Source: Flectonema sp. DT1601 (lineage: Eukaryota). Taken from it: a stretch of DNA of 64,000 nucleotides. The stretch is from contig OZ025793.1 in the NCBI GenBank assembly GCA_964019425.1, forward strand, positions 1,302,001-1,366,000, in the 5' to 3' direction. This document shows, piece by piece, positions 59,580-64,000 of this stretch (its first letter is position 1; the number at the start of each line of letters is the position of its first letter). The notes beneath the pieces were generated by a model. It had not been told where the DNA came from and searched no databases. It saw only the letters and a program-made list of their open reading frames with translations. The translations under genes and the position numbers were made by a program.

Positions 59580-61850
59580 ATGCGAACTTCGTTATCTCTC
59601 TTGGCGGTATCTCTTGTGGGAGGTGTGGCTCTTCCGAGAGGAGAATGGAATGGAGAAATCAAAGGATTGCCGAGTACACAACTTCCCCAAGTACCATTAT
59701 TAGGTAATGGATATACAGGTATCGCTATGGATTACAGAAGACGAGAATTAATACCTAGGATTGGACCTGGGAGAGAAGAAGCCGTCGACTTCTGGGTGAA
59801 TACCAACGCGATGTGGACCTGCGCGAATTCAACGAGCCCACACCCGCCGAGGTGCAAACGGATATCATTTGCGGGGTACAGTGTTAGACCGCAATTCGAT
59901 TCTGAAATATCATTTAGTGCTCTCGAAGACATCAGCATAGCGACGTTGTTTACAACTCAGAACTCTTCGTCAGGATCCTTCAACACAAAAACTGTAATGC
60001 ATCCAAATGAAAAGGGTTCATTTTTCACAGAGCTTTCCTATACTGGAATCACTTCTTGTATTAATGCTACCGTTTCATTATGGGTCACTTCAGAAAAAAC
60101 AGGAGGTGCAGTTCCGGATGTTGGTTTTGAAGATTCCTCTCTGCACGTCTCTCGTAGAACTAATACTCGGGATGAGTTACCATTCGCTGTTTGGACATCG
60201 TTAGCTGCATCTTTGAGTGTTCCTTATGTAAGCAAGCCAACGATTAGGAAAACAGAATACCAGGAGGTGTCTGCAATTGTTCAAGTCTGTCCTGGTAAAC
60301 CTGTAGTCTTACTGTTGGGAATCGCAGACAATTTCAATAACAAATCAAACGTTGTTACAAATTCATTAAACCCTTTACAGGAAGCCATCACTGCTACGAA
60401 GAATACAACAGTCGAAGACATTCAGATCGCATCCAATACTTTCTGGAAGACTTATTGGAATAAAGCATCAATTGATACTCCAGACTTCCCAAATATTAAT
60501 AAAGGATGGTATTTCACTCAGTACTTTACTCACTGTGCTTTGGGTCGTTTGGGTTCTCCTCCTTCAGGAATGTATGGCCCTTGGACTTCAAGTGATTCAT
60601 CGAAATGGCATGGAGACTATACTTTAGATTATAATCAAGAAGCTCAGTTTTATGGAATATTCTCCAGCAACAGAGTTGATCAGTTTTCATCGTATTCTAG
60701 TCCGATATTTGATTGGGAACCATCTGCGAGACTCCTTGCTCAGGAAGAAGCTGCTGCTGCGAATATCACATGCCCAAGTAATACATTACATTATGCTTGT
60801 CATCTAGCACCGTGGGGATATCAATCTGAAGATGGGAGTGTTTACATGCACTGGAATGGAATGTTTGCGGCACTTCCACTAATTTCTTACTGGGAGTACA
60901 CAAGAGATTCCCTTAAAGGAAAGACATACGATATGCTTGACGGTTTAAACTCTTGGTCGCACTGCTATCTTAAAGATATTAACAATCAATTAGTTGATTA
61001 CAACAGAGAGAACCCAGACGAAGAACACGAACGCCAGAAAGTAAAAAATCCTCAAATTGGACTTTCACTTATAAGAAGAACTGCACAAGCTCAACTGACT
61101 ATGGCTGCCTACTACAATAAGAAAGCTCCAGAGTACCTTACAGATATCCTAAACAGATTAACACCTTACAATAATAATAGTAAAATTTGGACTAGTTTTG
61201 ATGGAGCATCTGAGAAGGAATCGGATGACTTTTCGATGTATCCCATGTGGCCAACTCAGGCAATCGAAATTATTGAGCATCCTGCTGTCAGAAACATGGC
61301 GAGACAGTCAGCGAAGAAATATTGTAATTTAGCAACAGGTAGACCTGTACTAGTATTCTCTGCAGCAGTAAGGGCTGGATCAGATGACGAGGAAGGACTG
61401 TTCAGCAAACTTGATATCATAAATGCTTTCGAATCTTATTACAAAACTAATGGAGGACCTTCTGGACTCCCAACCGCTCCATACGGTGGTACAGAAAATG
61501 TTGGTGTTCTTGCTGGTCTTAATGATGTCTTTCTTCAGAGTCCGGAAGTTAAGTTTATTGAAGTCTTTCCGATGTGGCCACTGAACTTAACTGCTTCATT
61601 TAAAAACCTCAGAGCTAAAGGAGGTTATAGTGTGTCTTCTGGAATTCATGAGAAGTATATTAAGAACATTACAATCGTGGCTTCAGTAGACAACACTCCA
61701 ACAGTACTCCTTCCTTGGGTTAACGCAACCATTCGCTGTGATGGAATCATCACCAATTACACTCGCGTTACTCCACGAGGTGCACGCGGGAGAGTAGGAG
61801 CTTTCTTTATAGCACCTTTGAACTCTCTCTGCGTTGTTAGCGAAAAGTAA
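59580..61850 (+). CDS. Secreted glycoside hydrolase, GH95-like (alpha-L-fucosidase/GH65-type fold), 756 aa
   Basis: Signal peptide MRTSLSLLAVSLVGGVAL after the acceptor CAATTCACAG (59570). Motifs PLLGNG, GMYGPW, WHGDYTLDYNQEAQFY, IEVFPMWP and FKNLRAKGGYSVS. No introns. Confidence 0.85.
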   Translation: MRTSLSLLAVSLVGGVALPRGEWNGEIKGLPSTQLPQVPLLGNGYTGIAMDYRRRELIPRIGPGREEAVDFWVNTNAMWTCANSTSPHPPRCKRISFAGYSVRPQFDSEISFSALEDISIATLFTTQNSSSGSFNTKTVMHPNEKGSFFTELSYTGITSCINATVSLWVTSEKTGGAVPDVGFEDSSLHVSRRTNTRDELPFAVWTSLAASLSVPYVSKPTIRKTEYQEVSAIVQVCPGKPVVLLLGIADNFNNKSNVVTNSLNPLQEAITATKNTTVEDIQIASNTFWKTYWNKASIDTPDFPNINKGWYFTQYFTHCALGRLGSPPSGMYGPWTSSDSSKWHGDYTLDYNQEAQFYGIFSSNRVDQFSSYSSPIFDWEPSARLLAQEEAAAANITCPSNTLHYACHLAPWGYQSEDGSVYMHWNGMFAALPLISYWEYTRDSLKGKTYDMLDGLNSWSHCYLKDINNQLVDYNRENPDEEHERQKVKNPQIGLSLIRRTAQAQLTMAAYYNKKAPEYLTDILNRLTPYNNNSKIWTSFDGASEKESDDFSMYPMWPTQAIEIIEHPAVRNMARQSAKKYCNLATGRPVLVFSAAVRAGSDDEEGLFSKLDIINAFESYYKTNGGPSGLPTAPYGGTENVGVLAGLNDVFLQSPEVKFIEVFPMWPLNLTASFKNLRAKGGYSVSSGIHEKYIKNITIVASVDNTPTVLLPWVNATIRCDGIITNYTRVTPRGARGRVGAFFIAPLNSLCVVSEK

Positions 61851-62551
61851 TTTCGCTTCTCCTTTAGCCTCGTTGTTATTTTTGTTTATTTTCGTACGGA
61901 GGCTATATTTCCGTTGATAAAAGAGAAATCACTCTCACCCTAGCTACTTGAAGTTGATTTGCCGACATGTTTTTTTGTTTTGACCGTTCTCTTTCAGTTG
62001 CCTTATTGGTGTAAACTGGAGGGAAGGTATGAGTGTGTTGTTGTTCCTTCCTTTCCTTTCCTTTCTTTTGTTATATCTTTTTAGACCAAGTTCTTGTACG
62101 ACAACATCATCATAAGAACCACCTCGTGACATGTCTATGGTCTTTAGTCGAGAAAAGTCTTTTTTGTTGTGAAGCTGAAATATAGCACTCTGTGATCCAA
62201 AAGCATTCCTGTTGTGTTGCTCTCAGCCCCCTATAAAAATGTGAAAAGAATGATAAAAACTTGTCTCAGGCTGATAACTTTCGATACTTCCTCTTCTCCC
62301 TTCTTCCTCTCACTGCTAACGTTCCATAATAGGTAGCCCGCGTTTTATTATTTCCGAAGAGTTGATACAAAGTATCTTCTCAAACAGTTCTAACTCTTCG
62401 AATTGAATTGCACTGCGAACTGCTACTGACACTTGTTGACTCATCGTCAAGTTTTGCTTCAGTTTTGTGTACAGGCAAATATAAATAGCATTAAAGTGAG
62501 ATTTAAACGGTAGTGTTATTTATACTTTTTCCCTTCCCCAACAGGCGTACG

Positions 62552-64000
62552 ATGCCGAGATCGTATTTAAAATATGCCCCTCGAGGGTGTACTGGATTGG
62601 TGTCTGCTAATGAGGGGAATCCGGTAGTTCTTTCAAACGGTTTAGTGTGCACTCCGGCTTTAGAGAATGTACACTTGTTCGACTCTGAGACTTTTGCTAT
62701 TATTGGATACCTTCCAGGTGGAAGTGATGAAGGAGGTGTCACCTGTTTATCGAAATCAGCAGACAGCAGTCAGTTACTAATTGGGTACGGTGATGGTCAT
62801 GTTTCAGTTTATCTGACTTCTGACTGGAGTCCGATAATGGACAGAGCGTTGGGTCATAAGTTGACTTCAAAAGTACTTTCAATCGCTCAGACAACTGACA
62901 CTACTTTAGTAGCCTCCGGAGCGACTGATACTGACATCGTACTTTGGGATATTTCATCGCAGGACCCAATTTGTAGATTGAGAGGTCACAAGTCTGCGAT
63001 ATTGAATCTCCACTTTCTCGAGCAAACTGGAAAACGATTAGTGTCATTAGCAGGAGATGGTCAAGTGAAGGTTTGGGATGTTGAAATCCACGCCTGTGTT
63101 CACACCTTCATCGGAGCAACATCTCAAGCGACTTGCTTCTCAATTGATATTGCTGAGTCACGTATGGTTGTTGGTGGACGCGATAATATTTTGAAGGTTT
63201 ACAATTTAGAACACAACGACACTGAGAATGTCGAGGACATGTTTGAGCCGCACGGTTCCCTTGAAAGGCAGAACCACCGCCCCTGTGCAAATATCAAATA
63301 CAACAATTCTCACACTCTGTTAGCTGTTCAATCTACTGATAGAGTTATCGAATTCTACAGCGTCTTGGGAGAAAAGGGTGTCGCTGCTAAGATGTCACGT
63401 AAGAAGAAGAGAAAGAGAGAGAAGGCGAAGGATGAACAAGACGTTGAGAGAACTGCTACCTCAGAATATCAGCGTCTTGAAGATGTTGTTCTCCGCGCTG
63501 ACAGTAAAATCAGATCATTCGACTTCTTTCCTTCAAAAGAGAGCGAAGGTAGCAGTGCACCAGACAGGTTAATCGTCGCCTACAACGACAATCAATTTGA
63601 TGAATGGAAGATTACTTTTGTTGATAAGAATAATATTCAATTAACTAAAAGTAAGAAATGTGACATCATCGGACACAGAGGAGAGATTCGATCATCATCT
63701 TTATCTTCTAATAATAAAACACTCGCAACATGTAGTACTGCAGCAGTCAAGGTCTGGAGTATCGAATTAGAAACTTCTGGTGAAGAAGGATCAATTAGAG
63801 ACTGCACTCACACATTTCCAGTTTCGGAACCGAGTTCGTTGACCTTCCTTCCTGGTGACGAGCACCTTGTCGCAGGTACGAAGGATGGAACGATTGAAAT
63901 CTGTTCACTACCACGCTCAGCTGTAATCGAAACTATAGAAGCACACACAGGTGAGATCCAAGCACTGACTCTCAGAGGTGATAAGAGAGGGATCGCCACA
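62552..64000 (+). CDS. WDR3: UTP12/DIP2/WDR3 SSU-processome WD40 protein; runs off the window and is absent from the ORF track
   Basis: My translation gives MPRSYLKYAPRGCTGLVS...TPALENVHLFD...IGYGDGHVSVY...VASGATDTDIVLWDI...RLRGHK...IEAHTGEI, matching the N-terminal pattern of DIP2/WDR3. Acceptor CCCTTCCCCAACAG at 62544. Confidence 0.92.
   Translation, partial: MPRSYLKYAPRGCTGLVSANEGNPVVLSNGLVCTPALENVHLFDSETFAIIGYLPGGSDEGGVTCLSKSADSSQLLIGYGDGHVSVYLTSDWSPIMDRALGHKLTSKVLSIAQTTDTTLVASGATDTDIVLWDISSQDPICRLRGHKSAILNLHFLEQTGKRLVSLAGDGQVKVWDVEIHACVHTFIGATSQATCFSIDIAESRMVVGGRDNILKVYNLEHNDTENVEDMFEPHGSLERQNHRPCANIKYNNSHTLLAVQSTDRVIEFYSVLGEKGVAAKMSRKKKRKREKAKDEQDVERTATSEYQRLEDVVLRADSKIRSFDFFPSKESEGSSAPDRLIVAYNDNQFDEWKITFVDKNNIQLTKSKKCDIIGHRGEIRSSSLSSNNKTLATCSTAAVKVWSIELETSGEEGSIRDCTHTFPVSEPSSLTFLPGDEHLVAGTKDGTIEICSLPRSAVIETIEAHTGEIQALTLRGDKRGIAT

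Overview
Eukaryotic, AT-rich nuclear DNA, most likely from an intron-containing euglenozoan (diplonemid-like). This is inferred from a BILBO1 homologue, a kinetoplastid-type CCCH protein, a fully co-oriented gene array and short GT-AG introns. All 18 intact or edge-truncated genes lie on the + strand: SGNH esterase (2 copies), PEN-2, triple-SH3 protein, BILBO1-like, RNPS1-like, cullin, coiled-coil protein, cyclin, a type-I membrane protein, a probable mitochondrial protein, V-ATPase subunit a, zinc-ribbon protein, WW/WD40-like protein, multi-CSD protein, CCCH protein, GH95-like glycosidase and UTP12/WDR3 (missing from the ORF track). I reconstructed 13 cis introns of 63-126 nt. Their 3' ends are A/C-rich, whereas the AG just upstream of most start codons follows a pyrimidine tract, suggesting separate codes for cis- and trans-splice acceptors. 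Positions 0.4-8.5 kb are a nest of mobile elements: a decayed gene ending in a Josephin-like protease domain, a MULE-like MITE, a 501-bp insertion with a 12-bp TSD and a pseudoknotted RNA domain, and a TA-flanked TIR element carrying a piece of the Josephin ORF. A 19.5-kb gene-free, A/T-homopolymer-rich tract (40.0-59.5 kb) follows the CCCH gene and contains a tandem array of a structured ~236-bp unit. All family calls come from motifs recognised by eye; no database search was run.
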